Both the position numbers and the translations under genes were made by a program. A stretch of DNA of 64,000 nucleotides from an uncultured Gemmatimonadales bacterium (lineage in GTDB: Bacteria; Gemmatimonadota; Gemmatimonadetes; Gemmatimonadales; GWC2-71-9). The DNA lies in the NCBI GenBank assembly GCA_963695555.1, contig CAVOGR010000001.1, positions 960,001-1,024,000 on the forward strand, written 5' to 3'. Positions 39,174-50,932 of this stretch are shown here, in pieces. How positions within the stretch are numbered: position 1 is the first letter of the stretch; each line of letters begins with the position of its first letter. The notes under the pieces are model-generated. The model did not search any database. It worked only from the letters and a program-made list of their open reading frames with translations, and was not told where the DNA came from.

Positions 39174-40442
39174 ATGACCCTTGACCACAGCGCTCCCTTG
39201 AGGGATGTCGATCCCGACATCGCCGATTTGATCGAGCGCGAGCTTCGGCGGGAGCAAGAAGGCCTGGAGCTGATCGCCAGCGAGAACTTCGCCAGCCGGG
39301 CCGTGCTCGAAGCCTCGGGCACTCTCCTCACCAACAAGTACGCCGAGGGATACCCCTCGAAGCGCTACTATGGCGGCTGCGAGATCGTCGATCAGATCGA
39401 GCAGCTGGCCATCGATCGGGTGAAGCGACTCTTCGGCGCCGAGCATGCGAATGTGCAACCCCACTCGGGCGCGCAGGCCAACTTCGCCGCCTTCATGGCC
39501 CTCATCGAGCCCGGCGAGTTGCTCCTGGCCATGTCGCTGCCGCATGGGGGGCACTTGTCTCACGGGCATCCCGTCAACCACAGCGGCAAAATCTGGCGCG
39601 CGGTCCATTATGGGGTGAACACGGCTACCGGTCGGATCGACTACGACCAGGTGCGAGATCTGGCCCGGCGCGAGCGGCCGCGGTTGATCGTCGCCGGGGG
39701 CAGCGCCTATTCGCGCATCATCGATTTCGAGGTGTTCCGGGAAATCGCGGATGAAATAGAGGCGGTCCTGCTAGTCGACATGGCCCACTTCTCCGGACTC
39801 GTGGCCGGCGGTGCTCACCCGTCTCCCATTCCCCATGCCGAAGTGGTCACCAGCACGACGCACAAGACACTGCGCGGCCCTCGGTCCGGCATCATTCTCT
39901 GCCGGAAGGAATTTGCCAAGGCCATCGACCGATCGGTGTTTCCGGGCACACAGGGCGGCCCGATGCAGCACGTCATTGCCGCCAAGGCGGTGGCGTTTGC
40001 CGAGGCACTGACCTCCGACTTCCAGGCGTATGCCCGGGCGGTCGTGGACAACGCCCAGAAACTCGCGGCCGAGCTGGCCGGCCGCGGCTACGTGATCGTG
40101 TCGGGCGGGACCGACACCCACCTCATGTTGGTCGACCTGCGCCCGAAGGGGCTGACCGGAAAAGACGCGGAGGCCATCCTCGGTCGAGCAGCGATCACCG
40201 TCAACAAGAACACCATTCCCGACGATCCTCAGTCCCCGTTTGTTACCAGCGGAATCAGGCTCGGCACCCCGGCGCTGACCACGCGCGGAATGGGGACCGA
40301 TGAAATGGTTCGCGTTGCGGACCTGATCGATCGGGCGTTGACCACTCCAGATGACGCCCAGATCGCCCAGGTGCTGGACGAAGTGCATGCGCTCACCGCG
40401 GCATTCCCGCTCTACCGCAATCGCGTCGAGGCCATCGCTTGA
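39174..40442 (+). CDS. glyA: Serine hydroxymethyltransferase
   Basis: [38 protein letters not shown]. Confidence 0.96.
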   Translation: MTLDHSAPLRDVDPDIADLIERELRREQEGLELIASENFASRAVLEASGTLLTNKYAEGYPSKRYYGGCEIVDQIEQLAIDRVKRLFGAEHANVQPHSGAQANFAAFMALIEPGELLLAMSLPHGGHLSHGHPVNHSGKIWRAVHYGVNTATGRIDYDQVRDLARRERPRLIVAGGSAYSRIIDFEVFREIADEIEAVLLVDMAHFSGLVAGGAHPSPIPHAEVVTSTTHKTLRGPRSGIILCRKEFAKAIDRSVFPGTQGGPMQHVIAAKAVAFAEALTSDFQAYARAVVDNAQKLAAELAGRGYVIVSGGTDTHLMLVDLRPKGLTGKDAEAILGRAAITVNKNTIPDDPQSPFVTSGIRLGTPALTTRGMGTDEMVRVADLIDRALTTPDDAQIAQVLDEVHALTAAFPLYRNRVEAIA

Positions 40443-40501
40443 CCTCAGTGGCCACAGCGCCCTAGCTTCGCTGCAAGTACGTCGCTTCCCATGGAGGTCC
40501 T

Positions 40502-40888
40502 GTGATAGGTTTGCAATTGGCCGACGACATCCTGACCCAGATACGTGAGCGGGGTGGTCGCTTCCATGAGCAGGCCTATCTCTTCATGCTCGAGGCGATC
40601 GAATATCTCCAGCACCAGCTGCCCGCTCGGCGCCACGTGAGCGGGACCGAGCTGTCCTGGGCCTGCCGGGACTACGCCTTGGAACAATTCGGGTTGCTGG
40701 CCCCCCACGTGTTGGAATACTGGGGCGTCGACAAGACGGTAGATTTTGGTGAAATCGTGTTTACCCTCGTCGAGGTCGGTCTCCTAGTCACACAGCCGGG
40801 AGATCAAATCGATGACTTCGCTGATGTGTACCAGTTCGACGAGGCGTTCCGCTCGGCTCACGTCTGGCAGCAAGTGCCGCGGGGTTGA
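40502..40888 (+). CDS. Conserved hypothetical protein (Minf_1886-like)
   Basis: AYLF, HVSGTEL, QFGLLA, WGV...DFGEIVF...DDF; GGAGG RBS. Confidence 0.75.
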   Translation: MIGLQLADDILTQIRERGGRFHEQAYLFMLEAIEYLQHQLPARRHVSGTELSWACRDYALEQFGLLAPHVLEYWGVDKTVDFGEIVFTLVEVGLLVTQPGDQIDDFADVYQFDEAFRSAHVWQQVPRG

Positions 40889-40920
40889 GCGCCAGCATCG
40901 GTTTGGATCCGGGAGGAGGC

Positions 40921-41115
40921 ATGGAGGGACGAGACTGGCCGGCGTGCCAGAAATGCTCGAACGGTAGGTTGATTCCCCTGTCGGATTATGGTCGCGATGG
41001 GGCACCGATCACCTACAAGGCGTGGGTCTGTACCAATCCGGACTGCGGGTTCAACCTCCGAATCGATAACGGCGAGATTTCCCTCGGCCGAGTCATCGGA
41101 CAGAGTTACAAGTAG
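40921..41115 (+). CDS. Small zinc-ribbon-like protein (64 aa)
   Basis: CQKC...CTNPDC; GGAGGAGG RBS. Confidence 0.72.
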   Translation: MEGRDWPACQKCSNGRLIPLSDYGRDGAPITYKAWVCTNPDCGFNLRIDNGEISLGRVIGQSYK

Positions 41116-41183
41116 CTCGATGGTGACCCGCCGGCGTATGGCCGGCCGGACCACCATGAGCCCGATCACCCAGGCGCCAATCG

Positions 41184-42731
41184 ATGCTCGCCATTCCCGT
41201 TCTGTCACCCGCGGAGTCCGCTGCCTGGGACAGTGACGCCGAACGCGCCGGCATCGAACCCGTCACCCTCATGGAATGCGCAGGTCGAGCCGCCGCCGCC
41301 GTTCTCGGCGCACGGTTCGGCCCGATCATGGCCGGCGGGGTCATCGTGGCTGCCGGCACCGGAAACAACGGCGGTGACGGCTGGGTCGTCGCCCGGGCGC
41401 TCCATCGCGTTGGGATCCCGGTGTGGGTGGCGCCGCTGGCAGGGCAGGGATCCGAACTCCAGACTCGAATGGCAGGCTTGGCCCGCGCCGAGGGAGTAAG
41501 GGTCGTCGATCCCCTCGGTCCCTGGCCCGGGGTCGGGCTCGCCATCGATGCCATCCTCGGAACCGGAGCCAAGGGAAGCCCACGTCCACCCGCGGCCGAC
41601 CTGGCTGCGCGACTCCACGACCTGAACGTGCCGATCGTGGCCCTCGATGGCCCAACCGGTGTCGATCTTGCCAACGGCACGACCCACGGGCGCGCCGGCG
41701 CTGACCTGTCGATCACCTTCGGCGGACTCAGGCGCGGGCATGCACTTGCCAGGGATCAGGTGGGCGCGGTCGTCGTGGTGGACATCGGTCACCCACCGTC
41801 ACGTGCAGAATGGCCCACGGTGATGACCGACCGCGTCGCGGCCCGCCTGCTGCCGCGTCTCGAAGCCAAGGCACACAAGGGAACCCGCGGTCGAATCGTG
41901 GTGATCGGTGGCGCGGAGGGTATGTCCGGCGCGCTTCGCATGGCCGGACGGGCAGCCTTCGCGGGCGGAGCAGGATTGGTTCACGTCGTCGCTCCGGATG
42001 CCACCATTCAAATCGTGCGGGCGGCGGACCCGGATCTGCAGACGTTGGTTCACGACTTCGACGGTCAGCCCGGCGAAGCGCTCCTCTCCGTGGTCCAGGA
42101 CGCGAACGCCGTTGTGGTCGGCCCCGGGCTCGGTCGAGCGCCGGGCCGCCGCGAATTCCTCCTGCCAATCCTCGATGCCGCGTCCGCCGCCGTGATCGAT
42201 GCGGACGCCTTGATGGCCTTCGCAGGAGCGCTGCCCGAGCTCCGTCGTGCGAGCAACGGGAAGCACTTCGTGCTCACTCCCCACCCGGGAGAGTTCCGGA
42301 CGGTCTTTCCCGAATTGGCGCCCGAAATGGAGGTAGATCCCTGGGCGGCGGCCACCAAGGCCGCCCGAAGCGTCAATGCCACTGTGCTCCTCAAGGGCGT
42401 GCCCACAGTGGTGGCCCGGGAAGGCACCTCGGTCGAGACGATCGTGGCCGGGAATCCAGGCCTGGCCACTGGCGGGAGCGGTGACGTGCTGGCCGGCCTC
42501 ATCGCGACCTTCCTCGCTCAGGGACTGGAGCCCCACCACGCCGGGGCACTCGGAGCCCAAGTACTCGGGCGGAGCGCTGATCTTGCGGCCAGGAGCCAAA
42601 CCGCTCGAGCGCTTCGGCCGCTCGACGTGATCGCCGCCGTGCCGGGAGTCTGGCGTGCCTGGCGCCAGGCCCAAGAATCCGTGTCGATGGCTCCCGTGCT
42701 GTTCGAGCTCGAGCGGCCGGAGCAGACTTAG
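41184..42731 (+). CDS. nnr: Bifunctional NAD(P)H-hydrate epimerase/dehydratase
   Basis: LMECAG, GNNGGDG, HKGTRG, GPGLG, DADAL, TPHPGE, LATGGSGDVLAG. Confidence 0.92.
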   Translation: MLAIPVLSPAESAAWDSDAERAGIEPVTLMECAGRAAAAVLGARFGPIMAGGVIVAAGTGNNGGDGWVVARALHRVGIPVWVAPLAGQGSELQTRMAGLARAEGVRVVDPLGPWPGVGLAIDAILGTGAKGSPRPPAADLAARLHDLNVPIVALDGPTGVDLANGTTHGRAGADLSITFGGLRRGHALARDQVGAVVVVDIGHPPSRAEWPTVMTDRVAARLLPRLEAKAHKGTRGRIVVIGGAEGMSGALRMAGRAAFAGGAGLVHVVAPDATIQIVRAADPDLQTLVHDFDGQPGEALLSVVQDANAVVVGPGLGRAPGRREFLLPILDAASAAVIDADALMAFAGALPELRRASNGKHFVLTPHPGEFRTVFPELAPEMEVDPWAAATKAARSVNATVLLKGVPTVVAREGTSVETIVAGNPGLATGGSGDVLAGLIATFLAQGLEPHHAGALGAQVLGRSADLAARSQTARALRPLDVIAAVPGVWRAWRQAQESVSMAPVLFELERPEQT

Positions 42732-42732
42732 C

Positions 42733-44313
42733 GTGGCCCGAGCCGTTCTCATCTTCGGATTGTTCCTCGCTCCCTTCGTGCGTGGCACGGCGCAGCAGGG
42801 GCTGCCGCGGCTCTGGTCGGTGGACGACCGCGTGATCCTGAGCGACTTCAGCACCATCACGTCGGTCGCGGCCGGTCCCGATCGTGTCGTCGTCACCTCG
42901 CCCACGTCGCTGGTCATTTGGGAACCGCTCATGCGACGGTGGAAAGGGCCATTCGACCCGCCGGACCCGTCCTACCTCAGCGGGGTTTTCGCGTCCCTCC
43001 TCGACCCCATCGATTACTCGGTCTGGCTGGCAAGCCAAAACGGATGGACCCGCTACGACACCAACATCGACGCATGGGATCGCGGTCTCATCCCCGCCCG
43101 GGTGCTGACCATCGCATTCGATCGCGCCAATCCCGGACGCGGGCTTTTCTTCAGAACGTCTGGCGGATGGTTCGAGGTGATGCGTGGAAGCATGATCGCC
43201 TCACCGAATTCTGGGCCACTCGACCCCGAGGTTCCCAAGACCGTGCAGGATGTCCTGCGGGAGAACCCGTGGTTCGAGGCCAATCAGGCCGCCGTCTTGC
43301 GAACGGCACGGTTGGGAACGGCACGATTCACGGTGGCCGCGCGATCCTTCGACCGGCAAGGCTGGTACCTCGGCACCTCGGGGGCCGGGTTGCTCTACGC
43401 AGAGGAAGGGACGGCAATCCCGACGCCGCTTTCGTTCGGCTTGCCCAGCGAACGAGTCGGTGCTGTGTTTGACGGGCCGGGCGGAGTGTGGGTCGCCACC
43501 GATCGTACGGTCTCGTCCGAGGCGACCATCACCTTTGTCGATCGACGCCTCACCGAGTTCAAACCGCTCGACGAATCGGCGGTGTTTGGCGTGCGCTTCA
43601 ACCAAGCAACTCACATGGTGGGACGCGACGCCTTTCTCTGGGTTGCGAGCGATCTCGGCGTTGTCCGGGTTGGCACCGATGGTCGTACGGCTGATGTGTT
43701 CGACGAAAGCCGCGGCATTCCCGATCGGCGCATCTTGTCCCTCGCGGCCCGGCGCGGGACGATCGCAGTCGGCACCGCACGAGGTCTCGCGGTCATTACC
43801 GACTCGCTCGAGGTCCGGCGGGTAGCGCCTGACTTCGCGGGCAGAGCCTTCGCCGTTGCCATTGGGGGCGACACGCTATGGGTTGGGACCGGTCTCGGGA
43901 TGTTCCTGGCACTGCCGGAGTCTCCGGATCTGGAGCGGCCTGTGGGGCTCGGGCCCGAGCCGAGCCTGCGCCAGCCTGTCGTGGACCTCGATTGGCTCGC
44001 CGACACGCTCGTTGCGCTGACCCCGGATCACCTCATGTGGCGCGACCCCATCACGGGCATCTGGACTCTGGGTCCGCTGCTTTCGCCTCAGTTGGGAAGG
44101 CTCAGAACCCTGCTTCCAGATCGTGGTGGCATGTGGGTCGCCGGCGACCGCGGCGTGGGCGCTGCCACGCTCGCGACGCCGTCTCCACGGACACTCCTGG
44201 TGGGTCGCGACCTTCCCGGCGAGGTGACCGATCTTGCGGTTGACGATGAGTTTCTGTGGGTGGCTACGGTGCGGGGCCTGGTGCGGTGGCGACTGGAGGC
44301 GGTGCGGCCGTGA
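42733..44313 (+). CDS. Secreted beta-propeller-like hypothetical protein
   Basis: Signal peptide; repeated (L/V)WV(A/G)TxxGL motifs. Confidence 0.7.
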   Translation: MARAVLIFGLFLAPFVRGTAQQGLPRLWSVDDRVILSDFSTITSVAAGPDRVVVTSPTSLVIWEPLMRRWKGPFDPPDPSYLSGVFASLLDPIDYSVWLASQNGWTRYDTNIDAWDRGLIPARVLTIAFDRANPGRGLFFRTSGGWFEVMRGSMIASPNSGPLDPEVPKTVQDVLRENPWFEANQAAVLRTARLGTARFTVAARSFDRQGWYLGTSGAGLLYAEEGTAIPTPLSFGLPSERVGAVFDGPGGVWVATDRTVSSEATITFVDRRLTEFKPLDESAVFGVRFNQATHMVGRDAFLWVASDLGVVRVGTDGRTADVFDESRGIPDRRILSLAARRGTIAVGTARGLAVITDSLEVRRVAPDFAGRAFAVAIGGDTLWVGTGLGMFLALPESPDLERPVGLGPEPSLRQPVVDLDWLADTLVALTPDHLMWRDPITGIWTLGPLLSPQLGRLRTLLPDRGGMWVAGDRGVGAATLATPSPRTLLVGRDLPGEVTDLAVDDEFLWVATVRGLVRWRLEAVRP

Positions 44314-45272
44314 GGCACTTTGCCCTCGGACCCGGCTCTGAATTCGATCACATTCGCGCCATCGTCGGTCTCCTGGGTGATCGAGCGGGTCAATCGGGTG
44401 ACGACTGCGCCGTCGTACGCCGACCCGATGGTTTCCTGGTGCTCAGCACCGACCTTTCGATCGAGCGGTATCATTTCCAGCGTGAGTGGCTCAGTTTCGA
44501 GGAGATCGGGTGGCGCGCCGCCGCGAGTGGTCTGTCAGACCTGGCCGCGGAAGGCGCCGAGCCTCTTGGATTGTTGGCAAGCGTAGCCGTGCCGAAGGGC
44601 GAGGCGGGGGCGACGGAGCGGATCATGGCAGGCGTAGGCGCGCTCGCGGCTGATGCCGGCACCATGGTGCTGGGAGGCGACCTGAGCGCCGGCCCCGCTA
44701 TCATCGTCGACGTCGTGGCGGTCGGGCACACCACACGCCCCATCACGCGAGCGGGTGCCAAGCCTGGTGACGGGCTGTGGGTGACCGGCACGCTCGGCGG
44801 GGCCCGTGCGGCCCTCGATGCGTGGCGTGACGGGAGGGAGCCTGTGCCGGTTGCGCGGGAGCGATTTGCCCGGCCCGTGCCCCGCCTGGCTTCCGGCCGG
44901 TGGCTCGCGGCGCACGGCGCCCGAGCGATGATCGATCTGAGCGATGGGCTGGTGGGAGACGCGAGGCACGTGGCGGCAGCGTCCGAGGTGGGGCTCCGCA
45001 TCCACCTCGAGCAGATCCCGGTCGATTCGTCGGTGGTCGCCGAGGTGGTCGAGCGGGGCGCACAGGCCCAATGCTATGCGGCCGAGGGCGGTGAGGACTA
45101 CGAGCTGTTGGTGGCCTTGCCGCCGGAGTTCGGCGCGGCGGAAGCGCACGAGTGTCAGCGTGAATGCGGGGCCGTGCTCACTCGAATCGGAGACGTCGTC
45201 ACGGGCGGAGCAGTGCGGTGCACGCTCGCGGGCGTGCCGCAGAAGCTCGATGGCTTCGATCACTTTGGCTGA
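44310..45272 (+). CDS. thiL: Thiamine-monophosphate kinase
   Basis: GDDCA, LSDLAA, GGD, MIDLSDGL, GGEDYEL. Confidence 0.92.
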   Translation: MRHFALGPGSEFDHIRAIVGLLGDRAGQSGDDCAVVRRPDGFLVLSTDLSIERYHFQREWLSFEEIGWRAAASGLSDLAAEGAEPLGLLASVAVPKGEAGATERIMAGVGALAADAGTMVLGGDLSAGPAIIVDVVAVGHTTRPITRAGAKPGDGLWVTGTLGGARAALDAWRDGREPVPVARERFARPVPRLASGRWLAAHGARAMIDLSDGLVGDARHVAAASEVGLRIHLEQIPVDSSVVAEVVERGAQAQCYAAEGGEDYELLVALPPEFGAAEAHECQRECGAVLTRIGDVVTGGAVRCTLAGVPQKLDGFDHFG

Positions 45273-45306
45273 CCGAGACCTCTCGGCGTGGACTCGCGTC
45301 CGTTGA

Positions 45307-46952
<1,646 letters not shown>

Positions 46953-46987
46953 CGCCGGCGCCGCGCCTGGGGTAGGATGTGGCGCTC

Positions 46988-47061
<74 letters not shown>

Positions 47062-47275
47062 CTCCTGAGTTCCGATTCACCCCGCCTGACCGAATCCCTT
47101 CCTCGCAGAATTCCGTGGCGCGCTATATTAGCTACCCGCGCGGGCCGGAGGGCTGTCCCGAGCCCGCCGCCAGTCGCATAGGAACCGTGAGCCCGTGAAT
47201 CTCCGAGCGACGTGAAGAAATGGTAGGCGCACCGGCGAGCGGAGCAGACCTCACATCACTAGGGTGGTGCAGAAT

Positions 47276-47881
47276 ATGACTGCGAGCAAACACAAAGCAG
47301 GCCGGGCCTCGTCCCAGGCCCCGAGTCGTCGCTCCGAGTCTGATGAGGACGGGGCAGGCGGGAACATCGATAAGATCCGGGACATCATTTTCGGCAGCCA
47401 GATGCAGGAGTACGACCGGCGTTTCCGTGCGCTGGAGGACCGGCTCCTTAAGGCCTCAGCCGATCTCAGGACAGACCTCGACAAACGGGTGTCCACGCTC
47501 GAGTCCTACTTCCGGAAGGAACTCGAATCGCTCGGGGCGAGCCTCAAGACCGAACAGCAGAGCCGGGCGTCGTCCCTGGAAGAAGCTGTGGCCAAACTCG
47601 CCGAGCTGCGAAAACACGCCATGCAGCAGCTCACGACCGTCGCCAACGAGGCCGCTGAGCGCGATCGAGACTTGCGCGGCCAGCTCGAGGAGCGCGCACA
47701 ATCGTTGAGCCGAGAGATTCAGGACAAAGTGTCGGCCCTCACCCTGGAGCTCAAACGTGAGGCGGATGAGCTGAGGCAGGGCAAGACCGATCGGACCGGG
47801 TTGGCAGCGCTCCTGAGTGAGATGGCGCTCCGGCTCGCGGAGGAGGCTCCACCCAAGGATCATGGGCGAAAGAAAGGCTGA
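47276..47881 (+). CDS. Coiled-coil hypothetical protein
   Basis: IDKIRDIIFGSQMQEYDRRF followed by heptad-rich helix and KTDRTGLAALLSEMA; start 47264 or 47276. Confidence 0.78.
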   Translation: MTASKHKAGRASSQAPSRRSESDEDGAGGNIDKIRDIIFGSQMQEYDRRFRALEDRLLKASADLRTDLDKRVSTLESYFRKELESLGASLKTEQQSRASSLEEAVAKLAELRKHAMQQLTTVANEAAERDRDLRGQLEERAQSLSREIQDKVSALTLELKREADELRQGKTDRTGLAALLSEMALRLAEEAPPKDHGRKKG

Positions 47882-49631
47882 CACCTTGACCGACGGGCGT
47901 GAGATTCCCGATCCAGAGGGGGACGGCGACAACGGAGCGTTCGGAGAGGCGCGACGGCTGGAGGAGCTGAGAACACTCCTCCGCGGCCCCGACTGGGACA
48001 AGGTGGTCGAGCTCCGCGAGCGGCTCAGCGATCCGGAGAAGTACGCGGAGGATGTCGGGCGCGCCTTGCCGTCCGCCGTGACCCTGAGTCGAGGCCAGGA
48101 TCAGCGCCTCGAGCAATCCCTGAGTCCGATCGTGGCGGAGTCGTTCAAGGACACGGTCCGTCGCGATCCGCGTACCTTCGCCGACGCCATCTTTCCCGTC
48201 ATCGGGCCCGCGATCCGGAAATACATCGCGAACGCGCTCGCCGGAATCGTCCAGTCGATCAACCAGGGCCTGAACAACACCTTCACCCCCCGAGGCCTCC
48301 GGTGGCGCTGGGAAGCCTTCCGCACCGGCACGTCGTTCGGAGAGATCGCCCTCCGACACAGCCTGGTCTACCGGGTGGAGCAGGTGTACCTGATTCACAA
48401 GGAGACCAGTCTCCTGCTCGAGCATGTGGTCGCGGAGAACATCGAAGCCCAATCGCCGGACATGGTGGCCGCGATGCTCACGGTCATCCAGGACTATTTC
48501 AAGGATTCGTTCCACGCGGCTCCGGGTGAAACATTCGATGCGCTGAGCGTGGGCGATGTCAGCGTGTGGGTCGAAGTAGGCCCAGAGGCGATCTTGGCGG
48601 CTGTCATCCGTGGCCAGGCCCCGGTAGGGTTGCGCGAGGAATTCGAGGCGGCGCTGGAAGACATCCACGCCACTCACCGCGTGCCCCTGGAGTCCTTCGA
48701 CGGCGATGCGGGCGCCTTTGCAACCGCTCGCCCGCGCCTCGAGGAGTGCCTTCATTCCAAGCTCGCCGAGCCGGTCGCACGGCCGCCCTGGTTTGCGCTT
48801 GCCCTCATCTCGGTGGTGGTGCTCCTCGTTGCCTGGTGGGCCATTCCCCGGATCATCGAGAGCCGTCGGTGGCATGCCTATCAGGTTCGGCTCCAAGACG
48901 AGCCGGGAGTCGTTGTCACTCAGGTCGGGCAGCGCGACGGGAAGCGGTATGTCGCCGGGTTGCGTGATGCCTTGGCACCCGATCCTCAGATGTTCCTCGA
49001 CACGGTTGGGCTCGACCCCGAGCGGGTAGAGAGCCGGTGGGATCCCTACATTTCGCTCCTGCCCGACCTCATCCTGCGCCGCGCGCGGGCCAGCCTCGAT
49101 CCGCCCGCCGGGTTGGATCTTTCCTTGCGCGATGGGGTCCTCATCGCGACCGGGTCGGCTCCGACGGACTGGATCGACCGGGCGCGCCACGTTGCGCCGA
49201 CCATTCCGGGGGTGGTCGGATTCGAGGTTTCGGATCAGGTGCTGAGCGGCCTCGCGGCCGAAATCCAACGTCGGTCGGTACTCTTTGCGGTTGGCAGTGA
49301 CACCCCGAATATTCCGGAAGCCGTCGAGGAGATCGCCGGTCAGGTGAGAGCGCTGGACGTGGCGGCGCGGGCCCGGGGCCGGAGCGTGACCGTCGAAGTG
49401 CGTGGCTCGACGGACGACCTGGGAGACTCGCTCTCCAACGCCCGCTTGGCCTTGGCGCGGGCGCAACGGGTCCGTGCCATGTTGCTGGCGGCCGGCGTCG
49501 GCCGGGCAGAGGTGCGTGCCATGCGCGAGCCGCTCGCCCCGCCAACCGATCCGGGTGACGCGGTCCGGGCCAGATACCGCCGGGCCTCATTCTCGATCAT
49601 TCTCAATACCGGTTCCGAGGGATCGCCGTGA
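47862..49631 (+). CDS. Trans-envelope protein: helical N-terminus, putative longin-like domain, TM helix, periplasmic domain, OmpA-like C-terminus
   Basis: TM PWFALALISVVVLLVAWWAIP; OmpA-like VRGSTD...NARLALARAQRV...RYRRASF. Confidence 0.8.
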   Translation: MGERKADTLTDGREIPDPEGDGDNGAFGEARRLEELRTLLRGPDWDKVVELRERLSDPEKYAEDVGRALPSAVTLSRGQDQRLEQSLSPIVAESFKDTVRRDPRTFADAIFPVIGPAIRKYIANALAGIVQSINQGLNNTFTPRGLRWRWEAFRTGTSFGEIALRHSLVYRVEQVYLIHKETSLLLEHVVAENIEAQSPDMVAAMLTVIQDYFKDSFHAAPGETFDALSVGDVSVWVEVGPEAILAAVIRGQAPVGLREEFEAALEDIHATHRVPLESFDGDAGAFATARPRLEECLHSKLAEPVARPPWFALALISVVVLLVAWWAIPRIIESRRWHAYQVRLQDEPGVVVTQVGQRDGKRYVAGLRDALAPDPQMFLDTVGLDPERVESRWDPYISLLPDLILRRARASLDPPAGLDLSLRDGVLIATGSAPTDWIDRARHVAPTIPGVVGFEVSDQVLSGLAAEIQRRSVLFAVGSDTPNIPEAVEEIAGQVRALDVAARARGRSVTVEVRGSTDDLGDSLSNARLALARAQRVRAMLLAAGVGRAEVRAMREPLAPPTDPGDAVRARYRRASFSIILNTGSEGSP

Positions 49632-50128
49632 CGCTCATTCAGAAGAAGGTCTGTATGCTGGGTGCGAGCCGCGTGGGGAAGACCAGCCTGGTGCGGCGGT
49701 TCGTCGAGAGCCTGTTCTCCGAGAAGTACCATCAAACGGTCGGTGTGAAAATCGATCGCAAGGTCGTGGCCGTCGCGAACGACACCGTCGGGCTCATGCT
49801 CTGGGACCTGCAGGGCGAAGCCGAGGATCAGGCGTTCCGTCCCCAATACCTGCGCGGCGCGGCCGGGCTCCTGGCAGTCGCCGATGGGACCAATGCGGCC
49901 ACGCTCGAACCCGCCCTCCGGCTCGTTGAGACCGCCCGCACTGCCCTCGGCGTCGTGCCCCACGTGCTGCTGCTCAACAAGAGGGATCTCGAGGCGGAAT
50001 GGGCGGTTTCCGACGCGGAGCTGGCCCGGCTCCAGAAGGAGGGTCACGCGGTGCTCATGACGAGTGCCAAGACGGGCGAAGGGGTCGAGGAGGCCTTCAG
50101 GCTCCTCACCGAGAAGATGCTCGCATAA
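49628..50128 (+). CDS. Rab/Ras-like small GTPase
   Basis: G1 GASRVGKTS, G2 TVGV, G3 WDLQG, G4 NKRD, G5 SAK; 166 aa; GTGA overlap. Confidence 0.92.
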   Translation: MTLIQKKVCMLGASRVGKTSLVRRFVESLFSEKYHQTVGVKIDRKVVAVANDTVGLMLWDLQGEAEDQAFRPQYLRGAAGLLAVADGTNAATLEPALRLVETARTALGVVPHVLLLNKRDLEAEWAVSDAELARLQKEGHAVLMTSAKTGEGVEEAFRLLTEKMLA

Positions 50129-50281
50129 CACGCCTCGCGCCTGTCAGGCTCCCCCCGCGGTCTCATTTCCAGAAAGCCCGTCCGGCATTCGGATCATCGT
50201 ACTTCGTCCATCACATCACATGATGCAGGTAACATCCTCTCCTGTATTCTCTTACATGAGTTGACGGCGATCCCATTTTGG

Positions 50282-50297
50282 TGGCCCCGCGCTTGCC
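50282..50297 (+). promoter_or_regulatory. Putative sigma54 -24/-12 promoter
   Basis: TGGCCCCGCGCTTGCC (GG-N10-GC with TTGC) after an AT-richer tract. Confidence 0.5.
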
Positions 50298-50338
50298 CTT
50301 TAGCTATGGCAACTGGGCAAACGAATCGGGGGCATGGC

Positions 50339-50746
50339 GTGAAGAACCTGTTCAATCAAGTTGCTGGGCGGATGGGAGTGCCATCGGGAGACACAGGTGA
50401 CCCCACGAGTCTCGGGCAGCTCCTGCTCGGGATGATCGGTTCGGAGCAGGGCGCGCTTGCCGGCCTCACCAAGCTATTTCATGACCAGGGGCTTGGCGAC
50501 GTCGTCGATTCCTGGGTCGGCAGCGGAGTGAAGCGGCCGATTTCGGCCGAGCAGGTCCGACAGGTTCTCGGGGAGGAACGGTTGGCGGCATTGGGCAAGG
50601 GAGCCGGTCTAGCCCCGGAGAATGTGGCGACCGGGCTGGCTGCCCTCCTGCCGAGAGCGGTGAGTTCGCTCGTGTCCGGAGGTCACAGTAGCGAGGCCGG
50701 GTCAGTCCCTCGGATGCAGACCCCCCTAGCGAAAAAGCCGCGATGA
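50339..50746 (+). CDS. YidB/DUF937 family protein
   Basis: GLGDVVDSWVGSG...PISAEQV...LAALLP. Confidence 0.82.
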   Translation: MKNLFNQVAGRMGVPSGDTGDPTSLGQLLLGMIGSEQGALAGLTKLFHDQGLGDVVDSWVGSGVKRPISAEQVRQVLGEERLAALGKGAGLAPENVATGLAALLPRAVSSLVSGGHSSEAGSVPRMQTPLAKKPR

Positions 50747-50932
50747 TATGAACTTAAGGGGCAAACCGCCCGGGGCCGCGGGCGGGAGGCGGGTTGCCGG
50801 AACAGTGTCGGGCGCCTGTCAGTGAACGCCCCTTCATGCTGCATTCAGGAACGAGTCAGTACGGAAGGGCACAGTGTGGTGATTCGTGCCACGGTTCCTT
50901 CGCGGCCAGTCTAACCCGTTCAGGAGAACGCA

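Noticed and set aside
50755..50800. c-di-GMP-I riboswitch (GGGCAAACC...GGGTTGCCG)
   Set aside because: Too short, and lacks the GNRA loop and GACGCAAAGC core; better explained as a simple hairpin.
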